Counted from the stretch's first letter, positions 27,480-40,718 are shown. The stretch is 64,000 nt of DNA from Eledone cirrhosa (GCA_964016885.1 OZ024741.1:26598001-26662000), one strand, 5' to 3'. The notes: a model not told the origin generated them from the sequence alone. Program-made: numbers and translations.

Positions 27480-27727
27480 AAGTTCCAGAGGCATGGGATA
27501 AAATCCACTTGGATTAATAGGTCTCTGAAAATCAAATAAATTCAATATTTTCAAAATTTCAGAAACTGCCCAAATCTTTCAATGGTCATAAAATCTGATT
27601 AGTAAGTGCTGAACGCTGAAAGTTTCAGGAATTACTTCTCTTAGAGATACTAACAAATGGCAAAAATTTGAAGAAAATCTGATGACCTCCGGGACGGAAC
27701 CCTGTAGAATTTCATTGGAATGACCCC
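27480..27727. mobile_element. Probable DNA transposon terminal fragment ending ...TTGGAATGACCCC
   Basis: Terminus resembles GGGTCATTCCA-type TIRs, with aaatttcag/aaatttgaagaaaatctga subterminal motifs. No partner TIR seen. Confidence 0.35.
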
Positions 27728-28377
27728 AATGCTGATGCACAGTACATCTGTAGAGTGTAAGATCAGTGGCTCCAATTGAGTACTGACATTGTCTGTGAAG
27801 TCACATCTAATCCTTGTTAGCAGAGAAAATGGGCATTAGATGATGATGATGATTGACCTCGATAGGATGAAAAGCAAAGATAATGATGGTGGGATTTGAA
27901 CTCAGAGAGCAGAGTAAGGGAATAAATACCACAGAGCATTCTATCAAACAGTTCAATAACAACCAATGCTGCAAATGACACTTTGGTCTGGCTCACCAGT
28001 CTCAACTTGCCTCTCTAGCTACTGTATATATGTCATATGACAAGAAAAAGACTGCCAATATGCCACATTTATTAACCTAGCAACTGTAGTGGCATTCTAG
28101 AGTAATATTTCATAGAGCTATCATATTAAGAAACAATGAAACAATAAAAATACTTGTTAACAGAGACTATAGTGATGGTAGAAATATAAAGAGGCTAGCT
28201 GAGTTTTACTGATGGAACTAACAACTACAATCTTTAAAAGAAGCAAGATCAATGGACTAGCAGCTCATAAGTAGTGAAATCATGTCTGCAGTAGATATTA
28301 TGGTGTATTTCTAAATAGGACTCACTGATATCATGTGTAACGCAGATGGACATCAGCAATGTGACAGATGCAACACC

Positions 28378-28525
28378 ACCTGTACCACATGTGTAACTTC
28401 ACCAGTACCACATGTGTAACTTCCCCTATATCACAGGTGTAACTTCACATGTATCACAAATGTAACTGCACCTATAACACATGTATAACTTCCCCTAGAG
28501 AAATGATATCACAGGTGTAACTTCA
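28378..28525. repeat. ~23-bp degenerate minisatellite (TACCACATGTGTAACTTCACCAG), about 6 copies
   Basis: Visible tandem units containing CACATG/CAGGTG. Confidence 0.8.
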
Positions 28526-29054
28526 GTTGTATTGTTCAATAGTTCAGTATAGACATCAGGTAATCATCAGTTGAAGAAAATATATGCTTCAAGTATTGAA
28601 TTTTGTAAGATATACATACCAGTAATACAAACAGGAAACACGAGGAATGGACACATTAACAGTGCAACAAGTGATGTGATGCAACAGATTGTAAGAATGT
28701 GTGTGCATATGGAAAAGAATGTGTAACAGAGGTGTATTTACCAGGTGCATGCCATAGACATTTAGTATGATTACACAAGGAATGTAAATTACCAGTGCAA
28801 TATATATATATATATATATAAATCTTCATCACTAATTAACATCCATTTTTCCATGCTTTGAAATGGGTTGGACGAGTTGTTTTGCTCATACAGAACTGTT
28901 TCTGGCTTGTTTTCTACAGCTAGAACCCTTCCTAACGCCAACCACATTTACTGTGTTTTTTGTCATGGCACCTACACAACCACTTTACAGTGTGGACTGG
29001 GCGTTTTTTTTTGTCATGATATATATAAGTTACAGAAAGTGTCACTGTACAACT

Positions 29055-29215
29055 GATTAGGGATCGAATTAACCTAGATGAGATGCAGTTCGGATTTATG
29101 CCAGGAAAAAGTACCTCTTCCTTATGAAGTAACTGTAGAGAAGTATCTAGCTAAAAGCAAACCCATCCACTTAGCATTTGTCGACCAAGAGAAAGTTTTT
29201 GACAGGGACCCCGTT
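29055..29215 (+). mobile_element. RTE RT fragment
   Basis: DRINLDEMQFGFMPGKST and EKYLAKSKPIHLAFVDQEKVFDR. Confidence 0.75.
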
Positions 29216-30051
29216 CAGTACTCTTGGTACTCTTCAATATATTCTCCCCATCATTTAACCATCCCTCTCCTATTACCTATAGCTTCAATTTCCCTAAGCT
29301 TCCGCCCCCTCCCTGCCTAGTTCCAAAACAAAAGTGTGCAGTCCACACTGTAAAGTGGTCGTGCAGGTGTCACGACAAAAAGTCACCAGTCCACACTGTA
29401 GAGTGTTTGTGTAGGTGACAACAAAAATCACCCAGCCCACACTGTAAATGTGATTAGCATCCAGCTGTAGAAACCAAGCCAAAATCTGCCCCGGGTTAGC
29501 TAAATATGGTCCTCTGACCTCATCCCTCACAAAGGGACAGCCCATCCTACCCATGCTAGAATGAAAGATGGACGTTAAACGGTGATAATGATGATAATAT
29601 AGCATAAATATTAGCTAAGTTATTTGTACTGAAACATATGTAATGTATTACACGATTTAAAAAAATCTATTCTATCATCTTCAGTTGTGTTAAAGGCACC
29701 AGTGTTGGTGATTAACACGACAAAACACACCCAGTACACCCTGTAAAGTGGTTGATGGCAGGAAGGGCACTCAACACTAGAAAACTTATGTAAGCGAAAT
29801 GTAGAACCCAGTCTGTTTGGCAGGGTGCAACGATAAAATGTACCCGTTCGAGTGCTAGTAGAGTAAACGACGTTAAACAATTATGGTGATGCATAAATAT
29901 GTGTGTACATACACGTGTATATATACATACATGTATATATATATACATACAAGTATATATATATATACATGTATATATACACATAATCGTGTCATATTTG
30001 AATCTTGTTCTTTTTGAACTTTAAACCCACTACGTGTATATACATACTTAC

Positions 30052-30083
<32 letters not shown>

Positions 30084-30555
30084 GCATACATATATGTAAT
30101 TTATTTAAGTCGATTGAAGATGTTTATCGAAAAAGTTAAATGGGCGGATCACGAAATGCGTCCTCCTACTTTAATCGATGTATTTTACGTTTGTTAATAA
30201 ATTCATTCGGACTGTGTAGTCGGTCGGTGGTACGAAGTTGTGAAGGAGAAAGAAACTAAAGAAGAGGATATTATATATAGTTATGAAATATGAACGGTAC
30301 AAGCAGAGATAAGACGACAGGAAATATATTTGTAGTTATTAGAAAGAACAAACAGCTGTGTATATTATTTGTTAGGTAAGCTTAACATAAAATATGACCA
30401 GCTTTCCTATAGAATTGTTTTATGTAACAACATCATGCTGTATCATTTCTCTGGATACTTCCTTACATAGATGACAATACGGTTGATATAATAGACTGAG
30501 GTAGGTTAATATTTATACTAAACATTCAACGTTTAAAGCTCAAAATTTTACTTAC

Positions 30556-30588
30556 CTCTTCCACTTGGCCTGAATCCGTGTCTGCCAT
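30556..30588 (-). CDS. First coding exon of a minus-strand gene with an acidic N-terminus (MADTDSGQVEE)
   Basis: Minus strand reads gccaaaATGGCAGAC...GTGGAAGAG|GTAAGT: strong Kozak context, 11 codons, consensus phase-0 donor, with promoter motifs immediately upstream. Confidence 0.8.
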
Positions 30589-30650
30589 TTTGGCTAATGT
30601 TTGTATCACGTGATTACTACTTCCGTTTCAAAAACAGTAAACTTCCGCCT
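30584..30650 (-). promoter_or_regulatory. Housekeeping-type TATA-less promoter / 5' region
   Basis: Palindromic E-box ATCACGTGAT (30605-30614), two ETS sites ACTTCCG (30619-30625, 30641-30647), and YY1-like GCCATTTT overlapping the ATG. CpG is locally more frequent than in the flanks. Confidence 0.6.
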
Positions 30651-31206
30651 GTTCCCCCCTTCCTTCCTTCATCTCTGTCACAACACTTGCTTTTCTTTTT
30701 GTTGTTGTTATTTTACTCCAATTCGGTTAAATAGCAACTGAATTGCTTTTTATTCGTAGCTAGCAGAAACTGTTCTTTCTGATAATTAGCTTATTTAATT
30801 CATACTTTAATACATTAAAAATATATATTGCCAAAATATATGTTTCTAGGTTAATTATGCACAAAGAACGGCGAAAGCCAAACCAGATGGCTCACGCACT
30901 TGGTCGGGGAGAAAACATTATTTCCTAGCACAAATTAATTCAAAGAAAAACTGATATAAAATTATAAGTGAATTAACATCACATTTCAGTTAATAGTATC
31001 TAATGAGATTCAAGTTTGACTTTCTGTCTTAGTGAAATTTTTCGCCCAAATATCTTTTGAAGCGAATAAATATGAAAGTAAAGTAGCTAGTCTGTTACCA
31101 CAGTGTTTCCATATGCGCTCCCTTACCATGTTCTTCCACAACTTGTGCCGACTCCATAAGTGGCAGCTAATAAAACATCGCTGTTCTGAATAACCCTAGT
31201 CTCTAT

Positions 31207-31285
31207 CTAGTCTACCCAGTCGTTTGAGAAGCGCCTCACTGGACCATTGTCTTTTTTCACCTGGCGCTTCTCTTCTTCATCACGC
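31207..31285 (-). CDS. Candidate terminal exon of an upstream minus-strand gene (RDEEEKRQVKKDNGPVRRFSNDWVD*, or A* in phase 0)
   Basis: Acceptor-like cctaccttacAG at 31286-31297, unique non-repetitive sequence, open frame to TAG, and minus-strand AATAAA at about 30749-30754. The frame is ambiguous. Confidence 0.3.
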
Positions 31286-31590
31286 CTGTAAGGTAGGATT
31301 AATCTAATATTTATTTATGACACTTCATCATTAACATAATTTATTAAAATGCATGTGTATATATGTTTATACTTATGTATGTGGTGCGCGTCTGCTCTCT
31401 ATATGTATGTCTGTTTGCGTATATGATTATATACATAGATATCTGTATGTATCTTTATATATATATATAATATATGTGTCTGTATATATATATATATAGA
31501 GAGAGAGAGATGTATATAATTGTAAATAGTTTAGTTACAAAGTGGAGGATCAATTTTACGTTGTCAATATCATTTAAATTGATCCCCCAC

Positions 31591-31674
31591 CTCGTCATCT
31601 GTAGATCTGTCAATTTCTGCGTGTGTGTATCTTTGCATATATTTATCTTGTGAGATAATCCTTGTTAAGTTAGC
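31591..31674 (-). CDS. Candidate penultimate exon (e.g. ...NLTRIISQDKYMQRYTHAEIDRSTDDE)
   Basis: Pyrimidine-rich acceptor tttcttcgtccacctccaatAG and a weak donor GAG|GTGGGG; open frame in unique sequence. Confidence 0.25.
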
Positions 31675-32499
31675 TATTGGAGGTGGACGAAGAAAGAGGT
31701 GAAGCTTTAACATCCATTCATTGAGACTTTCACATTTACTTCCCGTTCCTTTTGTTGTTGTTGATCGTTTCATGTGTTATTTCTTTATTTACATTTTATT
31801 TAATCGAACAACTGTGTCGAGTAAGTTGCTAAGCCACCCGGTGACTCCCGCCTCAAAATAATTCCATATTCATTTATGCCGCCAACGGATGAACAACACA
31901 ACATCCCATTTTCACTCACCCCTTGTAAACCGAGAAATCGATCGATTTTTTTTTTTCATTTTATTATTTTTGTCTCAGTTATAAGTATTATTAATAATAT
32001 CGTTACCATTAAAGTGATGATAAATATTAATCATTTATTTATGTTTTGACATATATTTATAATTCGTCTCTAAATATGACCGAGTCTAAACTATTTATTT
32101 CTGTTGTACAGTCGGATTTATTTTGTCCCGGTCAAATGTCAAGATATCAATATATATTAATATCTATTTATTACTATAAATTATTATTATTTGGGAAAGC
32201 TTTTCTCGTCCTTTCTTCCGAAATTGAAAATGAAAATGAAGGTTGTCTGTTGACATGATCATAATTTTATAGGGGAGATTGTTCTACCATTTTGTTCCAA
32301 CCCTTATTCTCTCTGTATCCGCCTAAAACCATTACAACATTAACAACAACAACAGGAGTGGTTGTTGTAGCATTAGTAGTTATTGTTGTTGTGGTTGTAG
32401 TAGTAGTTGTTGTTGTTGTGGTAGTAGTAGTAGTAGTAAGAGCAGCAGCTAACCTCATATTGGTCAAAGAAGACATAAAATGTGAAGCCAAGAAGCTGC

Positions 32500-34950
32500 T
32501 ACGACTACCGACACCACACCAACAGCAAGTCTACAGCAGTAATCCCACCACAGTCATAACACTACAACCATAGCACCATCACTACAGCACCACCACTGTC
32601 ACAATACTACAGCAATAATCGTACCACTACCACTACAATCGTAGCACTATCACTACTGCCATTACACTAAATCACCACTTCAACAGTAACCCAACCACTA
32701 CCGTCACCACTGCCACAAAACTACAACCATAGCACCACCACACCACAGCAGTAACACCACCACTGCCACAACACCACAACAGTAGCACCACGATCATCAC
32801 CGCTACAACAACACTACAGCATTAATCCCACCATCGTCACCACCACTGCCACCACACTACAACAGTAGCAACGTCACCGCCACAACCACCACAACAGTGG
32901 CATCGTCACCACCACTGCCACCACACTACAACAGTAGCGCCACCATCACCACAACACTACAACAGTTGTACCACCACTGCCACCACACTACAACAGTAGT
33001 ACCGTCACCACCACTACTGCCATCACACTACAACAGTAGCACCACCATCACCACAACACTACAACAGTTGTACCACCACTGCCACCACACTACAACAGTA
33101 GTACCGTCACCACCACCACTGCCACCACACTACAACAGTAGTACCGTCACCACCACCATCACTACAACACTACAGCAGTAGCGCCGTCACCACCACTACC
33201 CCCATACTACAACAGTAGTACCACCACCGCCACCACTATTGCTACAACACTAGTCCCGCCACTGTCACAACACTACAGTAGTAGTCCCTCACTACTAATA
33301 CTTCTGCCACAACACTACAACAGTAGCCCTACCACTACTACTACTACCACAACACTACAACAGTAGCCCTACCACTACTACTACCACAACACCACAACAG
33401 TAGCCCTACTACTACCACAACACCACAACAGTAGCCCTACTACTGCCACAACACTACAGCAGTAGCCCCACCACTACAACACTACAGCCTTAGTCCCACT
33501 ACCACTACTGTCACAACACTGCAACAGTAGTCTCACCACTACTACCACCACCACAACACTACAGCAGTGCCTCCACCCCTATCACCACACTACGACAGTA
33601 GCACCACCACCACTACTACCTCAACAGTACCACTACTACCTCAACAGTACCACTACCACCACACTACGACAGTAGCACCACCACCACCACTACTACCACA
33701 ACAGTACCACTACAACCACGCCACGACAGTAACACCACCACCGCTACTACCACAACGGTACCACTACCACCACACTACGACAGTAGCACCATCACCACTA
33801 CTACCTCAACAGTACCACTACCACCACACTACGACAGTAGCACCACCACCACTACTACCACAACAGTACCACTGCCATCACACTACGACAGTAGCACCAC
33901 CACCACTACTACCTCAACAGTACCACTACCACAACACTACAACAGTAGCACCACCACTACTACTACTACCACAACAGTATCACTACCACCACACTACGAC
34001 ACTAGCACCACCACCACTACTACCACAACAGTACCACTACCACCACACTACAACAGTACCACTACCTCCACACTACGACAGTAGTACCACCACCACTACT
34101 ACCACAACAGTACCACTACGACAGTAACACCACCACCACTACTACCACAACAGTACCACTACCACCACACTACGACAGTAGCATCACCACTACTACTACC
34201 ACAACAGTACCACTACCTCCACACTACGACAGTAGTACCACCACCACTACTACCACAACAGTACCACTGCCACCACACTACGACAGTAGCATCACCACTA
34301 CTATTACCACCACAACAGTACCACTACCACCACACTACGACAGTAACACCACCACCACTACTACCACAACAGTACCACTACCACCATACTACGACAGTAG
34401 CACCATCACCACTACCACCACAACAGTACCACTACCACCACACTACGACAGTAGCATCACCACTACTACTACCACCACAACAGTACCACTACCACCACAC
34501 TACGACAGTAACACCACCACCACTACTACCACAACAGTACCACTATCGCCACACTACAACAGTACTACTACCTCCACACTACGACAGTAGTACCACCACC
34601 ATCACTACTACCACAACAGTACCACTGCCACCACACTACGACAGTAGCACCATCACCACTACTACCACAACAGTACCACTACACTACGACAGTAGCACCA
34701 CCACCACTACTACTGCAACAGTACCACTACAACCACACTACGACAGTAACACCACCACCACTACTACCACAACAGTACCACTGCCATCACACTACGACAG
34801 TAGCACCACCACCACTACTACCACAACAGTACCACTACCACCACACTACGACAGTAGCACCACCACTACTACTACCTCAACAGTACCACTACCACCACAT
34901 TACGACACTAGCACCACCACTACTACTACATCAACACTACAACAGTAATG
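32500..34950. repeat. Degenerate (CAC/TAC/AAC) triplet-derived minisatellite
   Basis: Units such as ACCACACTACGACAGTAGCACCACCACCACTACTACCACAACAGTACCACT. Confidence 0.9.
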
Positions 34951-35029
34951 CCACCTCATTAGAAGATTATAGTATGACTCCAGTACTACTAGTGTTTCAT
35001 TATATCAACATAAAACACTATTACAGTTC

Positions 35030-35830
35030 GAATTAACGTCACGGTTGGATTGTCTTAGGTCATAGTGAAGTCCGTGTCTGCTCGATTAGGGCTGACCTGA
35101 GGCTACCTGGATACATCAGATAATGTAGTCGCCGTAAAAAAGGCGGGACGTTTACAATTAGATTGGTTTTGATCACAGATATTTTGATGGGGTCTGACAT
35201 GAGGCTACGAAGGGACAATCAGATAATGTAGTCGTTCTAAAAAAGATGGGATGGTCATTGCTGGATTACTTCAATAGAGTTCTTTTATTAAAATATTCCA
35301 GGTGCTGGCCTGGGGCTACAAAAAATACACATCAGATGATGTAGTCGTCCTAAACATCCGATTCCTTTTGTTTATAGGTCTACTCTATCAGGGTTGACCT
35401 GGGGCTAAATAACAACAACAACAACAAACACTTCGAACCTGTGATGGAGTCTCTACGTAGTCACACGACCTGTTAGAAATTGCAGTTAAATTTCCCTTAA
35501 ATATAAAACCAGAACACACTACGTACTTTTTAGTCTTCATATGACTAAAAAAATACGGGATGTTCATGGCTGGAAGGTCTTAGATAATAGATTTCTTCGA
35601 TCGAAAATGACCTAAGTAAAACAACAACAATAATAAACAGTATACGCCAATGAGGGAGCGTTTGTATGGTTGCTCGCCAAGCTAGAAATAGCAGCCAAAT
35701 CTTATTCAAACTACTCACTACTGATAAAAACAATATATTTCTAGATACACTATGTCTGAAAAAAACCCAACTGGATGATCATGGCTGGAATGTCTTTTAT
35801 CATAAGACTGGGCTTAAACAACAATAATAA
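35030..35830 (+). mobile_element. Tandem partial copies of a common short retroposon with (CAA)n tail (family also at about 200-620 reverse, 10570-10710, 21360-21450, 24060-24220 and 26520-26680)
   Basis: Recurring gctagaaatagcagccaaatc...ggatggtcatggctggaatg...gacctggggctaaacaacaacaac. Confidence 0.6.
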
Positions 35831-35864
35831 ACACTGCAACAAATATAAGGACACTTCTGTTGTA

Positions 35865-37470
35865 CCATAACAGCACTACTGCAGTACTACAGCAGCACTA
35901 TTGCAGTACTAATGCAGTACTACTTCAGTATTACAGCAGTACTACAGCAGTACTATAGTAGTACTACATCAGTATTACAGCAGCACTACAGCAATACTAC
36001 AGCAGTACTACTGCAGTGCTACAGCAGCACTACAGCAGAACTAGAACAGCACTATTGCAGTAATACAGCAGCACCACAGCACCATAATAGTACTACATCA
36101 GCACTACTGCAGCACTACAGCTGTACTACTGCAACACTACAACAGCACTACAACAGCACTACAGCTGTACTACTGCAACACTACAACAGTACTACAACAG
36201 CACTACAGCTGTACTACTGCAACACTACAACAGCACTACAACAGCATTACAGCTGTACTACTGCAACACTACAACAGTACTACAACAGCATTACAGCTGT
36301 ACTACTGCAACACTACAACAGTACTACAACAGTACTACAACAGCATTACAGCTGTACTACTGCAACACTACAACAGCACTACAGCTGTACTACTGCAACA
36401 CTACAACAGCACTACAGCTGTACTACTGCAACACTACAACAGTACTACAACAGCACTACAGCTGTACTACTGCAACACTACAACAGTACTACAACAGCAT
36501 TACAGCTGTACTACTGCAACACTACAACAGTACTACAACAGCATTACAGCTGTACTACTGCAACACTACAACAGTACTACAACAGCACTACAACAGCACT
36601 ACAGCTGTACTACTGCAACACTACAACAGCACTACAGCTGTACTACTGCAACACTACAACAGCACTACAGCTGTACTACTGCAACACTACAACAGTACTA
36701 CAGCTGTACTACTGCAACACTACAACAGCACTACAGCTGTACTACTGCAACACTACAACAGCACTACAGCTGTACTACTGCAACACTACAACAGTACTAC
36801 AGCTGTACTACTGCAACACTACAACAGCACTACAGCTGTACTACTGCAACACTACAACAGCACTACAGCTGTACTACTGCAACACTACAACAGTACTACA
36901 GCTGTACTACTGCAACACTACAACAGCACTACAACAGTACTACAACAGCATTACAGCTGTACTACTGCAACACTACAACAGCACTACAGCTGTACTACTG
37001 CAACACTACAACAGCACTACAGCTGTACTACTGCAACACTACAACAGTACTACAACAGCACTACAGCTGTACTACTGCAACACTACAACAGCACTACAGC
37101 TGTACTACTGCAACACTACAACAGTACTACAACAGCACTACAGCTGTACTACTGCAACACTACAACAGCACTACAACAGCACTACAACAGTACTACAACA
37201 GCACTACAGCTGTACTACTGCAACACTACAACAGCACTACAGCTGTACTACTGCAACACTACAACAGCACTACAACAGCACTACAACAGTACTACAACAG
37301 CACTACAGCTGTACTACTGCAACACTACAACAGCACTACAGCTGTACTACTGCAACACTACAACAGTACTACAACAGCACTACAGCTGTACTACTGCAAC
37401 ACTACAACAGCACTACAACAGCACTACAACAGTACTACATTAGCACTATAACAGTACTACATCAGTACAA
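35865..37470. repeat. Triplet-derived minisatellite (CTACAACAGCA / CTACAGCTGTACTACTGCAACA modules)
   Basis: Visible tandem 11-bp modules and their multiples; source of the 530-aa low-complexity ORF. Confidence 0.92.
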
Positions 37471-37489
37471 CATCAAGATATTAAGTACA

Positions 37490-38168
37490 TGGCACCACCA
37501 CTAAACCACTACATCATACTACTACACCACCACCACATCATCACACCAGCACCACACTACTACACCACCACCACATCACCATTTCACCAGCACCACACTA
37601 CTACACCCCACTACATCATATTACCACACCACCATCACACCACGCCACTACGTCATACTACTACTACCACATCACCACCATCACATCACCACCATCACAA
37701 CACCACACCACTACACCACCACCATCACAACACCACCACCACTACGTCATACTACTACTACTACACCACCACCATCACAACATCACACCACTACACCACC
37801 GCCATCACAACATCACACCACTATGTCATACTACTACTACCACACCACTACACCACCACCATCACAACATCACACCACTACGCCATACTACTACTACCGC
37901 ACCACTACACCACCACCATCACAACACCACACCACTATGCCATACTACTACTACCACACCACTACACCACTATGCCATACTACTACCACACCACTATGCC
38001 ATACTACTACCACACCACTACACCATACTACTACTACCACACCACTACACCATCACAACACCACTCCACTACATCATATTACCACAGCACCACTACACCA
38101 TTACATCATATTACCACAACACAACCACACCATCATCACACTACTACACTACCACCACACCACCACTA
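37490..38168. repeat. Degenerate CAC/CAT/TAC low-complexity repeat
   Basis: Visible composition. Confidence 0.85.
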
Positions 38169-38471
38169 GATGACAACTTCTCTAGTACTGGTGACATGAT
38201 AAAATACACCTAATATACTGTGTAAAGTGATTAACCTTAGGGAGGACATCCAGCCATAGAAAGCAAGCCAAGTATGGAATGTATGAGCAAGTGGCAGTTG
38301 ACCAACCAATTTAATCTTGGACCATGATGATCTACTTAACCCATGACAGCACGGCTTAAGGAAAATGGATATGAAACGATGATGATGATGATATATATAT
38401 ATGGACATGTGATGTGTATGGAGGATGACAGCTGTATGAAAAGGTGTAGGGTGATCAAAGTTGATAGAAGC

Positions 38472-38519
<48 letters not shown>

Positions 38520-38564
38520 GAAATAAATAGTGATGTTATAAAGTTATATCTTTCGTTTATTACT

Positions 38565-38595
<31 letters not shown>

Positions 38596-38596
38596 T

Positions 38597-39582
38597 ATCA
38601 TCATCATCATCATCATCATCGTTTAACGTCCCTGTTCCATGCTTGCATGGGTTTGGACGGGGGTTTTCCCACTTGAGGCAAGAGTGGTTGTCTTGCTCGC
38701 ATAGGACTGTCTGGCGGGATATCTACAGCTGGATGCCCTTCCTAACACCAACCACATTTACAGTGTGGGGCTGGGAGGTTTTTACCGTGTTGCCTACACG
38801 GCCACATTACAGCGTGGACTGTCTGGCGTGTTTTCTACAGCTGGATACCCTTCCTAACACCAACCACATTTACAGTGTGGGACTGGGAGGTTTTTACCGT
38901 GTTGCCTACACGGTCACATTACAGCGTGGACTGTGTGTTTTTTTGTCGTGACACCTACACGATCTCGTTTGTTTCGGCCTGGATGTTGTGGCACCAACAT
39001 AACTTTGCATTGAAGGGGGCGGTGTGGATGGGGTGGGACGGGGGTGTATTTTGTTAGAGATGCCTACTGACTGTAGTAGGTTTTACTTTGTATTTAGGTG
39101 AGGCGGGTCTTCTCTGTTACTGAGTACCGCCAAAGGTCTCGGTCCAGTGACATTGTCTTGGAGAGGTGTAAGTGTGTGAGGTCGGAATTTATCAGCTCGT
39201 CCCAGGTTTTCTTGGGTCTGCCTACTCCGTAGCTACCATCTATCTTTATTGCCCTGCACTTTGTTATACAGCTGTCGTCTTTCATGCGCATCACGTGACC
39301 ATACCAACGTAGCCTTCTCTCAAGTAAACAACATCTGATCCCTCTTATTTCTAATTTTTTCCTTAGTTCGTTTATGCTTTGCCGTTCACGTATGTTACTA
39401 TTACACATCCAGCGGAGCATGCAAGCTTCGTTCCTCTCTAGTCTGCGTATATCCTCTGCACACAATGCCCAGGTCTCACTGCCATGCAACATTGCTGTTC
39501 GTATGCAGGCATCATACAACCTGCCTTTCATTTTTAGGGAGAACCCTTTAGCGGCTAATAGTGGTATAAGCTCTCTGAACTT
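38597..39582 (-). mobile_element. Young 5'-truncated RTE LINE: uninterrupted ORF C-terminus (39094-39580), 3' UTR and (GAT)n tail, inserted in (TA)n
   Basis: KFRELIPLL...MKGRLYDACIRTAMLHGSETW...ERRLRWYGHVMRM...GRPKKTW...DRDLWR; no stops over about 160 codons; (TA)n on both sides. Confidence 0.92.
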
Positions 39583-39748
39583 TATATATATATATATATA
39601 ATATATATGTTTGTATGGTATGTGTGTGTGCGTGTGTGTGTATACATATATATATGTAAGAGAAAAGGTAAACAGAAATAACAACACAAATCGGTACAGT
39701 ATATGGAAGGGATATATTAGGTTAACGCTTGATATAGCAGGAAGAGGG

Positions 39749-39784
39749 TCTTAACGTTTCGGACGCTAGTCCTTTATCAGAAGA
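39749..39784 (-). ncRNA. Degenerate minimal hammerhead (core CUGAUAA, G8>A)
   Basis: Minus strand: tctt-CTGATAA-a-ggac(tagc)gtcc-GAAA-cg-TT-aaga. Confidence 0.5.
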
Positions 39785-40028
39785 AAGAATATATCATAGT
39801 CATCACCATTTTATGTCCATTTTTCATGCTAGTATGGGTTATACAAGTTGTCTCATTGTGAGACAAGTCAGATCAGATGATCGTCTCTTGTTCACACAGA
39901 ACTGATTCTGGCTTCTATAGCTGGATGTCCTTCCTAATGCCAACCACATAATATGTAAATTCTTTAGTTGTATATAGAAATGACTTCTACAAGACTAGAA
40001 CTGTTTCATTTGTATGAAATCATCAGGA

Positions 40029-40066
<38 letters not shown>

Positions 40067-40129
40067 ATATCCAAAATCCAGGACCTTCTCACTCTTGGAG
40101 GAACTCCTTCCTGGTTGACATCCACCACT

Positions 40130-40400
40130 TCCTGTCTTTGGCCATGTGGGGCTGAGTTATCAGGTCAGATCATCGTGCCATCTGACCTTTGGCTACCCTC
40201 TAGTTCTTCCCCACTGCCTTGGTGTCTACTCTGTCACTCTAATAGTCCACCCGTTGTCACTGAAACTAGAGTCGTGGCCAGTCCATCCATATTTGCCCTT
40301 CTTGATTGTGTCTTTCACACATCTCTGCTGTCAAATCTAGATGTTACTCTTCCTGTCATGTAAGGTGATGCCAACCAGGATTCTTTCCATTTTACATTGG
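40130..40400 (-). mobile_element. Old RTE-type LINE C-terminal fragment
   Basis: MERILVGITLHDRK...KGKYGWTGH...WTIRVTE*TPR...RG*PKVRWHDDL. Confidence 0.6.
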
Positions 40401-40413
40401 GCTACTGCAAGAG

Positions 40414-40718
40414 TCTGATTCTATTAACTCTACCATATCTTCCATATTCTGCGTACATTGCTGGTCTAACTTATGGAACACCTCAATATATAAACCTCTT
40501 ACATCTGATTCTATTAACTCTACCATATCTTCCATATTCTGCGTACATTGCTGGTCTAACTTATGGAACACCTCAATATATAAACCTCTTACATCTGAAT
40601 CTATTAACCCTACCATATCTTCCACATACTGGATACATTGCTGGTCTAACTTATGCAACAGTTCAATATATAAACTTTCACAATCTGATTCTATTAACTC
40701 TACCACATCTTCCATATT
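40414..40718. repeat. 90-bp tandem repeat, about 3.4 copies
   Basis: Units start at 40414, 40504, 40594 and 40684 (tctgattctattaactctaccatatcttcc...). Confidence 0.92.

Noticed and set aside
30110-30205. TTGAAGA...GAAATGCGTC hammerhead-like motif followed by AATAAA
   Set aside because: Core mismatch and no convincing helix I; at best a very decayed remnant.
35912-38173. 530-aa and 226-aa ORFs
   Set aside because: Translations of CAC/TAC/CAG minisatellites that lack stop codons by composition; no ATG-context or splice support.
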